Positions 10,413 through 24,000 of a stretch of DNA of 64,000 nt are shown one piece after another. The notes below the pieces were generated by a model. It was not told where the DNA came from. It saw only the letters and a program-made list of their open reading frames with translations, and did not search any database. The stretch covers positions 7,130,001 through 7,194,000 of the forward strand of contig CM119384.1 in the NCBI GenBank assembly GCA_051294905.1, given 5' to 3'. Both the position numbers and the translations under genes were made by a program. This DNA is from Botryllus schlosseri. Lineage: Eukaryota. Position 1 is the stretch's first letter, and every line of letters starts with the position of its first letter.

Positions 10413-13400
10413 ATGGACCAGCTGTCATTGAACTTGAAAATACCGGGGCCGCTGCTAAGCAAGCTCTTTCACCAATCGTATTGCGACGAAGGTTACTGCG
10501 GCGGTATTCTGTTCGGAGAAACAGCTACCACAACAAAGAATGAAATCACCGACTCCGATCACACAATGTCGGAACATGAAACTATATGTAAGCAAACTGT
10601 GTTAGCGATAATTATTATTACCTGAGGTGGAAGTCCCTAGCTCCAATCAAGGCGATTGATAAAGTGATTCTGGATCAAGTCTAATTCAATTCCACTTTGA
10701 CGGTCTACGTCTTACAATCTTCTTCTGGCAATCCACATATGTGTGTGGTCTCGTGTGGTGGTTTATTTCAGTCAAATATATGCCCATGCTATGCATATTT
10801 CTTTAAGTGATGTTGTGAGCTGTGATTGTTACTTTTACTCAGGACTTTGAAATGTGATTTTCAGTCCATAATATGCCTCCAAGTGGTGATAGCCAAGTCA
10901 TGATGATTAAATCTAGTAAGCGAATGGTTGTTTGGACAAACAGTCTGCTTTTTCTATTTATAGGATGTGTTCATGAAATAGCAAGTTCTTCTCGTTGTTT
11001 TAATATCTTTCCAAGATCGTTCAAACACTGATTCCAAAGCTTAACATTCTTGCTAGTGACAAGCTTAAGGATGCAAGCCATCTGTTGTAGAGGAATATTT
11101 CCGTTTGTTATTCCAGGTGTTCAGGACTATATGCCGATGTCTCGCAAGGAGTTCTTTTCGATGAAACATACAGAAGCTGACAAAAAACTTCTCGCAAGAT
11201 GTGTAGGCTTCTATAAGATACGAAAATCCACCAACACCCTGTCTCTCCTCGAGAAGGTGAGAATTAGTCTTTTTGTTGCTAATATGCCTATTGCCTATAG
11301 TGTTATGCCTATAGGCACTACTTCTGTTGAATACTAGAATAAATTTTTCTGATAGTGTGACTAAACTGGTTTTATATTGAGGCTAATTTTAGTTTTCTAT
11401 TCAAAATACTTCAAACAAGAAATCAACTTTTTGAAGGTGATTATCATGATTTTCAATACATATATCACGACCTTTAAAAGCTATTACAGCAGGCCTGCAA
11501 TTCATTTCCTTCTAGTTTTCATCTGCTTCGGTGAACAGATTCTACAGCTCCACCTCCACTTAAATTTTTCTTTTTACTTTTGCTTCAGTCGATGCACAAA
11601 AGTCTCGTCAAGAAATTAAAAACCAGTGAAGTTCCATCGTCGAAATGTAGAGTCTCTACACTCTTGATTACGTTCGAAGAGAATGGTGACAATGCTTGCT
11701 TGTCATGGAAAATTCGAGCTTACACGCGCAAGCCAAAAGGGTAAATACTGTTGTTGTAAATCGGCTAGGCAATCGGCCATCGGTCATTCTTCATATTTTT
11801 GTATTTACCTCACAATTGGGATATAATGATATAAAGATAGGAGGTATGAAGTTATCCAAATGACTTGGGGTGGTTTTTTAATCAGACACCAACCGGGGCC
11901 TAGAGTAAATACGAGGCATGCACAGATTGCACACCGGATGAAAGTGATATAATATAGCATGAAAGGACAAGCAATGAAAATTAATGTGGTATGTGTGGGT
12001 AGGCAAAGTCTTGAAATCTGATTTCAAGCGCTGACTTGAATTTATAGGTGAGATGATCAATGTTGAGTAATGCTACGCTTTATATGCGATGTTGGATTTT
12101 GTCAGCTTGCGTATCTCGTACTACCTGTAAGATATCAAGTAGAAGTGTTCACGGTCTGTAAATATTTATCTTGTGCCGACTTTGGGTTCTTTGAGATCAT
12201 TGAAATATATCACTATGACGGCATGATTCAACCCATTCATATTTATAGTCGTTGGGTATTTTTCCGTAGCCTCGTAGTTTTCAATTTACTTCTATGGTAC
12301 TGTTGAACTCTACTGCAAATTTGGAAATTGATTAGTAGGCCTGTATTCAAATATTCATATTGAAATGACCCGGAATATTTTCGGCAGGCTCTCGGCATGG
12401 GTAATCGTAGGCAACTAGTAGAGAATAATGGAAAAGAACATCGTATATCAACAATCGTATCACCAAAATATGACGTCATCAGCATGAAATTTCGAATACG
12501 AGAGCGTTCAATGTACAATTTTTTGATGGTGCACGAACTGTTTTTGTTGACACGGCCTTGGCTGGTGAATTTTGATAAAAGGGTCATTCCATCCCAAATC
12601 AACCAAATTTTTTTCAAAAGATAACCCTATGGTCATGGATTTTATTCAAATCTCACACAAAAGGAGACAGTGATCTCCTGATCAGAAAAAACTTGATTTT
12701 ATCGAAATCGGATAAGTCGTTGGGATTTTATCGCAGTGAGAAAAATACCACTTTTTGCGTTCATTGAACCATGTCAAAATGGCATTTCTGAACAACTTAT
12801 TTTGCATGGATCTTTATACATGATGGGTTCGAGTTTTCGTGGGTGAATCAACGTTTTTGAGACCGCTGTTAAGTTAACTTTGAATGTGAACAATAATATG
12901 CTGGATATTTCAAAAGTTTATGGGTCAAATGAGCAGAGACGGTTGGACCCCCAAGGAAATCAGTCATGCATGACGGAATTTTCTGGGCGAAATTGTGAAA
13001 AAAGGTATACTTCAATTTTATTGAGTAAGGTATCAAATGAAAGCTAAGAACAAATACAATGCAGTAATAGGAATCCCAATAGTGATTTCAAGGATCTAAG
13101 CAGTGTTATAGCAAGAAAACTAAGGCCATATTTCCCCCGTGTCAGAAGGTATTTTGGGGGGCATAATTTATACAGCTGCTTGGTTACGTGATTAAGTATA
13201 TTAATTAGCTAGCACTGTCCATTTCCTTCCATGGTGCAAGTGATATCAAACATTTAATCAAGTTATTATTCATCAGTCAAAGATATAAGGAAGTGCCTAG
13301 TTCTATATTATACATAACATTTCACTCTAACATGTCCGAGTAACCAATACATAGACAGTCATAGACAGAACCCCTGAGTGTGCCTTTTGGGGTGTTGTTG

Positions 13401-16400
13401 TTTCGTGACACAAGATTTTAATTGATGAAGTTGAGTGTGGTGCATTTTCGGAATGCAAAATTTTGAATCATTGAAAATATCATAGGATTGCTTTACAAAG
13501 CACAATCAGTTGCAAATATTGCTTTGTAATTCGTATCTAACCGTTCTTTCTTTGAGCACCTCGTCTATCCTTAGATTAAATTACCAGCTACTGGTTAATA
13601 TCAGAAAAAGAATTATATTAGGCCTACTTTGTTGCGCTTTTATGTTACTTTTCTTCGCACGTCACTTGTTGCTGTAATGTCACAAAATGAACGTAGAGTG
13701 AGATTTATTAGGCATGTGCTCCCAAATTCCATCTTCATCTTGTCACAATTTGGTGAAATATATTTATATTCTAGCTTACGAGATAGCGCCTCATTTGGCA
13801 AACTAATACCATTACAATCAAGCTTCTAGGTCATTGTATTTGGATTTGACACCAAATTTTGTAATGATACATCATTTTGGATAAAATATGGTTTGGGCAG
13901 GGTGGTGATACGATATTGGCCATTATCTTTGAACAGTTCGTCATTCTTATACATTATCTTTAAAACCGCAATTCTCGACCATTTGTCTCCATTAGTTTAA
14001 AAATCATCTGTAAGTAGTTAATTTGGTCATTTTAATCCTTAGGCCTACTAATAGAAAACAATCAAACTTGAATGGTCCAACAAATATGGTAATCACACTG
14101 AGTGTACAAGTCAGGATATATTATAAACTTGTCAGCATACATGATATATTAAAGCATTTCTGATTGATGTATCTATCCGGTTCATGATGAGGTTGGAGAA
14201 TGTGAATTCATGCAAGACGGTATACTTGTGATCAACCCACAAATTTTACTACTGTGTTTGAATACGAAAAATGGAAATTAGACATTCTCGACTTGGAAAA
14301 TGTCTCTACAATTGATAATTATCAATTATAATTCATAAACTATGAACATGAACATGTACTTCGTGTTTCAAGTTTTGTTTTGCTTGAATGACTGATGAGG
14401 CACTGTCTCTTCTGACCGCATGCCCCTACCAATGCCAGTCACAAATCTCAATTTTGCAAACAATTTCAGTTATGCACTTGGACGGGTGACGCATACATGT
14501 GACATTGAGCTTTCAAGATGAATCTTTGCCACTTAAAAAGAATAATTCCTATGGAACCAGATCATATGTGCACAGTGCAGTTATCAAAATTATCTTTTTC
14601 AACCATGCACAGCTGCTATACCGCCCGACTATTTGAACATTAATAATCTATACACAATACACCACTCACCAAAATATGAAATATAAAAAGCAGGAATATC
14701 AAGTAAGCCCTGCCCCAAGCTATTACATATGCTTAATGAAGTATTAATCTATAATATATCAAGGTGTATAAAAAAATATATAACCCAAAATACCTTCAGA
14801 CACATGGGAAATATATGAATATAGTTTTCTTGTTATAACGCAGCTTAGATCCTTGAAATCACTATTGGCATTGCTTTTATTGGACAGTGCTCGTTCTTAG
14901 CTTTCATATGATACCTTACTCAATAAATTTGAAGCATACCTTTTTTCACAATTCAGCCTGAAAAAAGTCATCACGCATGACTGATTTTACTCCAGCATTA
15001 CCTTTAGCCCCCCTTTCAACCCCAAACGGCTAGGTTATTATCATAATAAAAATATTCAAAATGAGTGTTAGGCTATGTACTTTCTGAAAATGTACTCCAT
15101 TTAAAGCCACAGAGAAAGACTAATTTCCAGTAAAATTCTAAAGTTTATGATCTAAAAAATGATACCTCTTAACGGTTGACTGAGCACAAAAAGTGCACTT
15201 TTTCAAATCCCCATAAATCATAAACCGCTGAATGTATTTCCGCGAAATAACTTTTGTTCAGTTTGAAATTGATCTATGTTGCTTGGGAATTGCATTTGAT
15301 GTTCATTTTGAAACATGTGGTTATCTGCCTCAGTTGATTTGGGCTGGAATTACCCAAAAGTCTACTCCAAGGCACACTAATGAAAGTGTGAACGGCTCCT
15401 CCCAACGACACGAAATCTGTCACCTCGATGATTTTTTGCGCAAGCAAGATTATCCAACATATGCTTGCCGATGGCCGAATTTATGGCCTTTGATTGCTTA
15501 GCATCAAGCTTGAGCGGATGAGTCGAGAGTGAGATTTTCACCGGGTGTGTTGCGCGTGTCAGCCGAAAATATTCGGGTTCATTTCCATATAAATGTACTA
15601 TTCAATTGTATATTGTAGTTCTGTGCCTCCAAGAAGCCCTTGAAATTTGGAAAGGATATAATCAGCCGCCAAGTGAAGCACACTTGCCTGCCTGCCACCT
15701 CTACAAGCCTTTCACTTTTTTGCAGTAACTATACAACACTCAGAGTGAGAATCACCAACCTTCAAGGCTCCGTTTTCGGATCTTACATCACAAATCCAAA
15801 CCCGCCCGGCGAAGTCTTGTCGGTTTCGGCAAATACAATCCTTGAGTCGTTTCAGTCGTCGATATCTTCCGGTCCTGGCAAAATCTCGCTTGTTGAATCA
15901 ACAAGGTAAGCTGTGATATTTTAGAGGCGCCAACGTATCGCCCTTTTTGAGGCTTTGATTTTGCGATCAGGGAGGTTACCGACGATTTGGTGACAGAATT
16001 GGAGAACGCTGTCGATCAATTAGGGCGACACGAGCGACTTTTGGGGGAACGTTGCCAGGAGAAATCTGTTCTGTTAAGCCAAATCGAGTTGCTGACCGGT
16101 GAGTTGTTGTTGGAGAAATAATTTGCCGATTTAGAAGAGTTAGCGCAATTTTCTGCAAGCAATACAAATTCGTCCTGGTCTTGGTAGGAGATAGGACTTG
16201 GTGGAATAAAGGTGTAATCGTAAATGTTATGAATTTCATCGTATATTGATAATAGACGTAATTCGGGCAGTCGTAATTTCGTGAAGGCACGAGCATTCGA
16301 CACTTGAGCATGTGGGGTAAAGCTTGAGTTAGGGTTAGATTCAATGATAGTTTGGGGTAAGGGTTAATTTTAGGACTAGCATTAGGGTTAAGGATTTATG

Positions 16401-17081
16401 GTCACTCGCTCAAGTGTCGTATATTCAACTGTCGTCTTTAGTCGTGTCGCATGCTCAAATGTCGGAAAATATATTCCTAGCATATCCCATGAAATTGAGT
16501 TTATTGTAAGATGTGTAGGATCATTTCATTATAAAAGTAGCATTAAACGAACACCGAATACAGTTCTATAACGCATTTGCCCATACTGCTATCAAGGAGC
16601 GACAACCTTCTTACTGTCCATTTTAACAAAGATATTTTACTTGATACTGTACTTCGGGCTCGCCCTGTTTTCTCACCTAACGCGTTAAATATATGCACCA
16701 CTACGGAAGAATCGGTCGAATTTTTTCCATTCGTACATTGTAAGCGCAATTACAGCGCAAATAGACGAAATCAATGCCAAGAGGACATCGGCGACCGAAG
16801 GAGTCCAGGGTCACCGTGCCGGTCAGGTTCTCGAACATGATCACGAAATGGAGCCCACGGCATCGCCAATGTCAGAAGAGAATTATCGGAAAGCTAAAAG
16901 GAGAAGTCTTCACGACATGAAATTGCGGTCTTCCGTCGTTGCGATGGAAAAATCGGAGGCTTCTCAAGGAGCCAAATCGTCTCCCGATTCAATTTCGAGC
17001 TCTGCTAATCATGACACTGAACGGAACAGTGGTGATGTGACTAGGAAGGGTGATTTGATAAAATTAGACGATACTCTGTAA
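10413..17081 (+). CDS. ABRAXAS1/2: Abraxas/FAM175 family MPN- scaffold protein, ~366 aa, 6 exons
   Basis: Exons 10413-10587, 11117-11256, 11589-11740, 15726-15905, 15971-16098, 16756-17081 (all GT-AG, total 1101 nt). Motifs GILFGE...EITDSD, VGFYKIRK, LRVRITNL, then a coiled coil. Confidence 0.85.
12961..14983. mobile_element. DNA-transposon-like element with ~200-bp imperfect inverted repeats
   Basis: 12961-13160 is the reverse complement of 14784-14983 (e.g. TTATTGAGTAAGGTATCAAATGAAAGCTAAGAAC / GTTCTTAGCTTTCATATGATACCTTACTCAATAA). No intact transposase ORF inside. True termini may lie further out. Confidence 0.75.
16295..16470. repeat. Dispersed repeat with degenerate TTAGGG core and CGACACTTGAGCATG inverted motifs
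   Basis: GAGTTAGGGTTAG/ATTAGGGTTAAGG core. Related copy at ~23800-24045; related cores at ~21420 and 31130-31220. Confidence 0.65.
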
Positions 17082-17385
17082 CTTTACATCTGCAAGCTTC
17101 CCACCTTCTTGTTCCATACGTAATTGCCATTCATATGCTAAGGCTGTAATTGGAAACTGTACTACACGATCCGATTCAAAAACATATGGAAAATTTGACT
17201 AATAAATGTAGAAAGCTTGATAATGTTTCGTGTAGTAGACGCTGATGAAAAATTCGCATTAAGTATCGTAGAAAATTACTAATTGTTCCAATTAAGTCAG
17301 TTTCGTTACTATCGTACTGGTCAGAATCTCTGTATATTTAAAATTTATTTGCATTACTTGCTTCCATTGTTCTTCATGTTTGTAT

Positions 17386-17633
17386 CAGTGGCGGGTCGTT
17401 ACCTTGACATATTGGCCATATTTATTAATGGATACGATTGTTGATATTCAATGTTCTTTCAGCTCTCTACTAGTTGCTGATGAGTTAGCTTGAAATACTA
17501 GGGTTTATTTCAATATAATTATATTATTTATTGGATACCTTTCAATAAAATACTTGTTGCATGCCTGGAAACAACCATTACCTAACATGTTAACCACATC
17601 GCAAATTTGATGGTATGGTGCGACCCGCCACTG
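17386..17633. mobile_element. hAT-type MITE (CAGTGGCGGGTCG TIR)
   Basis: TIR CAGTGGCGGGTCG / CGACCCGCCACTG; degenerate 8-bp flanks GTTTGTAT / GTTTGAGT. Confidence 0.75.
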
Positions 17634-18082
17634 GTTTGAGTTGTGCTTTGGTCATGAATTTATGTTGAATGTTTTAAACACTGATGCATTATGTTTTCAG
17701 TTGATGCAGTTATTTGAGAGTTGAATATATCGATGAAACTGTGCTGGTGTCTGTCGGGATCGTGCTTGCATGTTTGTGTACTTGAAATTCCAACACATTT
17801 ACTGTAACGTATATTGTTGGCCCTACTCAAATACTTGTAGTGTAGTGTAAATTTTGTTACGCGACGATGTTTCTCTCAAGTAAATGCAGGCAGGTGGATG
17901 AATATAGGCCGCCTAAGGGAACAGATGCGATGTTATTGTGATTACAATCATTAGATGTCCCGGTATAAGTAGAATGGATATTTAAGTCATTCTGAAATAT
18001 ATGCGCGAATAACGAGAGGCATTAGTATATAGTAACGCATAGCCAAAGCTGTAGCTTTCGGAGCGAACTAGGGGTATTCGAT

Positions 18083-21000
18083 ATGCGCTACTGTGGTGAG
18101 TACCGACAGCGACAATTGATAAACAAAGTTTGAGGAGTTTTTTTTCGGAAAGCGTGGCCGTGGGGCACCGCCCTACTCCCCAGTTGCGCGATTGCACGTT
18201 CGAATTAACTGAATGCAGGGATCACGTTACACGATGGGTAGGCCTAATATTCACCTTTTCCAAGACAGTACTCAAGAACGTCAGGTCATTGCAATCATGT
18301 TGTTGCATTGGGCTTGATGTGGCCAAAGCCTTGCAGCATTTTTTTATTAACGTGGAAGTGACGACCGGCTTCGGTTTAGTGATGCGCGGGCGTCTCGATA
18401 GGAAGGCTGCGGGTTTGACCCCCGCCGGCCCAGATGACTCAGCTGGATGATAAACGAACATGATAAATGGTTCAATAAATTTTGGTAATCTTAGAATGTT
18501 CTTCCTCTATTCATTGTCTTTTTCGGATGTTACGTCCAAATATTTTGACGATGCTACAAGACGATCATATTCTACCATCAGCAGAATATCAGGAATCAGC
18601 ATTTGAAAGTATACTGATAATATCTGATTGATTTTATCTGATAAATGTGTATCATAAGGAGTTGGCGTTGAGCCGCCATCGGCACTAGACATCGCGGTTG
18701 AGTCGTTGAGACGAGACGTAGCTCGTTTAGATTTTTATCTGGACTCCTCTCCTGCCGCAGGAGTCCTGGCTCGCTGCTATTACGTCACCTTTACATAAAA
18801 CCCGTCAGTATCAGTTTATTAATATTTCCATCATTTCAAATCACGACAAAACTGCAATACAATGAAAGGATAGGAAGGTTTCGAAACGACTTGGAGTAGT
18901 CTTTGAGATCAGACATCCACCTCGGCCTAGGCGAAGTAGAGAAGAAGCATGCACAGTGCACAGTGCACACTGATTATGATTAAATCAACTTGGATAGCCT
19001 TTACAAAGGTTGTGATATAAACTATAGATAACTCCGTAGGTTAGTTATCTATATATAAACAACAAACATAGTCGTTTTGCTGTAAACGACTATGATATAA
19101 CCAAGCGGTTGATGTAGAAAACGATTCTAGCCGCTGGATGGCTCATTGTTGATTCGGATGGCAAGAATGGTTGCTTGGTTTCAGACGCCGCCCCGAAGCA
19201 TTCGTACTTTTGTTTTTGTTTGTCCGGTGTACGAAACTACGATATTTTGGACGGAAATGACCCGAAATTCGGATATATATCTGACATAATGTACGAGGAA
19301 AATATCGAAGCCATTCCAAAACTCTCATTCTCTGTTCGCGACCCTGACGTATCAGGTGATGCTGATAAGAGTCAACGAAAGTCAAGCATATCGGAAGATG
19401 TTACTGAATTTGTATGGCCGTCTGGCGCACATTACATCGGCGATATCGTTGACGGAAAAAGAACGGGAAACGGAAAGCAGACCTGGCCCAGGGGTTCCGT
19501 TTATGAAGGGAAATTTCTTAATGACATGAGACATGGTTACGGGCGGAGCGTTTGGGAATCGGGAGAAGTAAGGAACATCATTTTGTTTACTGAAGCATTG
19601 GCCTCCGCATGTGGAGGATCTATATTATAATTATCGACATAGGTTTTCAAATTAGTCATTGTTGTTACCCAAGTAGAATTAGACGGTAATCGATTTTTAC
19701 ACAAGTGCAATACAATTAATTATTTTTTTTCCAAGTAATAAAGTTAGTATTCCTGGCCTAGTTTTGCCAAAAAATTTGTAAAGGAGAAATAGAAGTATCG
19801 AATCATAACCACTTGGGTATGTTGCGCAAGTAGGTAAACCTACTTGAGTACTCCGAAATGTAGAAGTAGGCTACTTCGATGCAGTGTTGGGATGACTCGA
19901 GTCATGACTTGACTCGAGTCACCTTTTTCGTATGACTTTGTTAAAATGACTTGACTTGACTTGACTCGGCGTATCAGAAATGTGGATTGACTCGTGACTC
20001 GAAGCAAAATTCATGGGTCAATTCAAGTCATCAAGCAATCGATGTCGATAAAAATCACTGTATCTTGCAATCGGATTGTTCGCGAAACGCTGGTGTAACC
20101 CGTGAGAGCGACCAATCATTCAATGATTGTGTGTTTCTCTGAGCCTGTATTGTTCTCTCACAAATAAATTGACCGCTTACGAAGTGATCAAAGCTTACAG
20201 CTTACGCTGTCGTAAACTAGTATAGTAAAGTATTTTAATTGAATAGTATATTCATATTGAAATGAACCCGAATATTTTCGGCTGACACTCGTTAGGGGTA
20301 ATCGTCAGCAACTAGTAGAGAATTCGAAAGAACAGCGTATATCAACAATCGTAACACAAAATATGACGTCACCAGCACGAAATGTCGAATACAAGAGCGT
20401 TCAATGTACAGAGCTCCTTTTCTTCTTATGTCACAAGTCCAACAATGGAAGCCTCCTCCCAATTGATTTGCGGAGCTAATATCCACCTTGATAGTTTGGA
20501 TTCCTGAATTAATAAATGAGTATGTGTGTGTGTATGGTTAAGCTTAGGAAAAGAATTAGTACATTGAACGCTCTTGTATTCGACATTTCGTGCTGGTGAC
20601 GTCATATTTTGTGTTACGATTGTTGATATACGCTGTTCTTTCGAATTCTCTACTAGTTGCTGACGATTACCCCTGACGAGTGTCAGCCGAAAATATTCGG
20701 GTTCATTTCAATATGAATATACTATTCAATTGTATATTGAAGTTCTGTACCTCAAAGAAGCTGTTAAAGTATTTTAATAGAAAAATGTCTATTACTGTTC
20801 TCTATACCTGAACCAAACCTCTTTATTGAAATTAAATTCGAAGATAGTTTATATAGTCCTCGACCATTGACGCAGGCTCGAATTGTATCATATCCATTTG
20901 TAAATGGGTAATGTATTGCATCTTATCAATTCGTTTCTCTATTCTCTATATTGGCTGGTAACTATAAACTGAGGCTATGCCATTATAACTGTGTAGTTTA

Positions 21001-24000
21001 GCATTTCTACTTATATTTAAGCGATACAGTGCCGTCTTACGTGTATATTTAACTTCATCAATGACCAGTTAATCCGTATTTCAGACAGCTAGCAAAATGC
21101 AATGGCATAGGCATTCGAAAAGGCAACTTGACTTGAAATGTGACTTGACTCATGACTTGACTTGACTCGACTTGACTCGAGTCACCTCCAAAAATCGAGT
21201 GACTTGACTGGACTCGAGTCACCTTCGAAAATCGATTGACTTGACTTGACTCGAGGCAAAATGTGCAATGACTCGAAAGGACTCATGACTCGAAGGTAGT
21301 GACTTGATCCCAACACTGCTTCGATGCACACCACATTGAGAATTGATCCCCATGGCCGCGATTCAAGCTATTTAGCAGGCCTTCCAATGACACTCTGCTG
21401 AAGCTCAACGTTGAACTTGTTCAGGGTTTAGGGTTAACAGCGTATGTGGGTGGGTGCTACTGCGGGTCGCAGTCTCTGTCCCCACCTACCAACTCGCTTT
21501 GTTATTATAATCTAAATGAAACGTACTTGGCATGCATGTGTGTATGATCACTGTTTGAGGGTGGATGATTTTTGAGGTGGGATCAGCGCTTGTCAGTAGG
21601 GCGTTTTTTTTTGTTACCTAAAAACGGAAGATATTACCCTAAAAATGAAAATTCTGACAGAAATCTTAATTTTGACAAAATTTTGCCCTCATGTATGTAA
21701 ATTAGGCGTTTTCGCACATATATAATGTTAGAATTGTAGGCCTACTACTTTTCTTCATTTCTGGTTGGAACTGTCTGTCCTTACAAAGCAGCTTGGCCTA
21801 TTTTAACAAAATCTTGGCCTATGAAGAATTCCAGTAGTTACATTACGCATTATGGTGTAAATAATTAAAATGGGCCGTCTACAACGGTAGGCCTATAAAG
21901 TAGGCTACAAGCTGTAAATGTCAGCTGGTAAGTTCACCGACAGTGCAATCATCTACAATACCAACGAAATGCAGGTTGCAAAAAAAATTATGAATTTGTG
22001 AACAATCTTGATGATTTCTTGTCCTGACTCTATCATTTTAACAAAATTTTGACTACTCATCAGATGTGGTTAAAGTCATCATCGTTGGTTCGCAAATAGA
22101 AATAGAAGTAACGTCGTAAATTTCTACACAAGTGCAAGTAGAAGTGATGAAGTGAGTATTCCAGGCCTGGTTTTGCTGAAAATCTGTGAAGTATGAGTTG
22201 GAATAGTCTAAAATCGTAACCATTTTAGTAAGTAGTGCAAGAAGGCAAATAGATGTGTGTATGAATATTCTGAAAAATAGAAGTACGCCGTTGGGAATCA
22301 CTTCTCGGAGTGTCGCGTACATTGAAATAGTTCTAATTTATTGAGAGTGCGCTTGCTTCACGCACCCTATATATTTACGTTCAGGAATATGAAGGAGAAT
22401 TTTTCAAAGACCACCGTCACGGAACAGGAAACTACCGCTGGCCGGACGGGTCGCAATTTCACGGCACTTTCTACATGGGCAGGAAGGAGGGATACGGCAA
22501 AATGACGTTCGCCAACGGAGACACCTTCGAAGGACTTTACAAAAAAGAAGAGCGTTGCGGGCCGGGGATTATGACTTACAACGACCGTGGCGTGCAAGAC
22601 ATCGGTATCTGGCACAAGGACAAGCTCATCCGAGTGTGCTCGGAAGTGGAGGATGTCTTCAGAATTTCCGATCACCCCGAGTACCAATACTTTCCCGCCG
22701 AACATGTCAAACAGATGACCCTCGACGGTCAAGACAGCCGAGATTCGGCCGAGAATTTAGCGGCCGAACGAATATTCCGATTCGGCGGGAAAAATCTACA
22801 AAACGCAGTTTACAAAGACGAGAATTTTCTTCCCGCCGGCATCGAGCAGTACTGCCGCGATTTCGAACACTTGCCGGTGACCTCGAACTTACGCGAGGCC
22901 ATCGAGAAATCATTTTTCAAAACGAATTACAGTTCGATAAAGAACGATTCCACCGCGTTTCTGCTAGCCAAAAATAACACCCCGCTTTTGATGGACGCGC
23001 AATGTCAGACGTACAGACACAGACACGCTGCTAACACCGTCGCCGACACACTTTTAAAGATAGACAGCAGCTCTCGAGACACATTTCTTTCCGAAAAAGG
23101 ACGTTTGGAGTCAATGTCTGAAAGATTAATAAAAGCAGCTGCTACCGGCGATAATGAAACTGTGTACAGCGTTTTACGGTCTGGTTTAGTCGACCCTAAC
23201 GTATGCGATAGCACTGGCAACACTCCGTTACTGGGAGCTGCCATAAATTGTCACACAAAAATCGTTAATTTGCTGCTTGATATGGGGGCGGATATTGACC
23301 AAGTCAACGACGAAGGGGTGACGGCATTAAACGCTTGTTTTGTGTTTTACTACCCGTCTGATCATTTTAAAGAAAACATTGCAGAGCGATACATCGCCGA
23401 GAACGCGCTCAACAAACTCAACAAAACCACTCTGCCGATATACTTACGACAAGGCGGTAAGAGAAGTATGAGAGGCGGTAGCAGCAGCATACCTCATTCG
23501 CCGATATTCGACGAACGCGAAGAGATTGAAGAGTCGGGATCGTGTAAGCGCGTCTCTTCTCCCGTGTCTGGTATGGACAGGAAAGCCGCGATGGAATATT
23601 GTAAGAGCGACCTAAAGATTAAGGCGAGGTACCGGGAGATTTCGTCTGGGAGGCACGGCAACGTGAAGAACAGGAAGGGCGACTTGGACGGGAGTGACAA
23701 GGGTGACGATGTGAGCGAGGCATCGGAATTTAGCTTTCAAACGGAATCGGGTAAACTTACTTTTTGTAAAACGAATGTAGCGAGTCCCTCCAAATAATTC
23801 CGTCATGTTGCATGATGTCCGTGGATATGATGTGAGCATGCAGCGCAATAGCGTGGGACACTTGGGCATGCGGTAGTGGAGGGTTAGGGTTTTATTGGGG
23901 TAAGGTTTTTGATATGGAACAGGGTAGGGTTGGGGTCAGGGTTCGTTTGAGGGTTATTAAGTCACATGCTTTGCATCGCATGCTAAAGTGTTGCGTGTTC

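Noticed and set aside
22367-23869. Overlapping ORFs 22367-22732, 22555-22977, 22707-22913, 23005-23244, 23494-23869
   Set aside because: Shadow frames of the GC-rich 1366-bp ANKMY1 exon.
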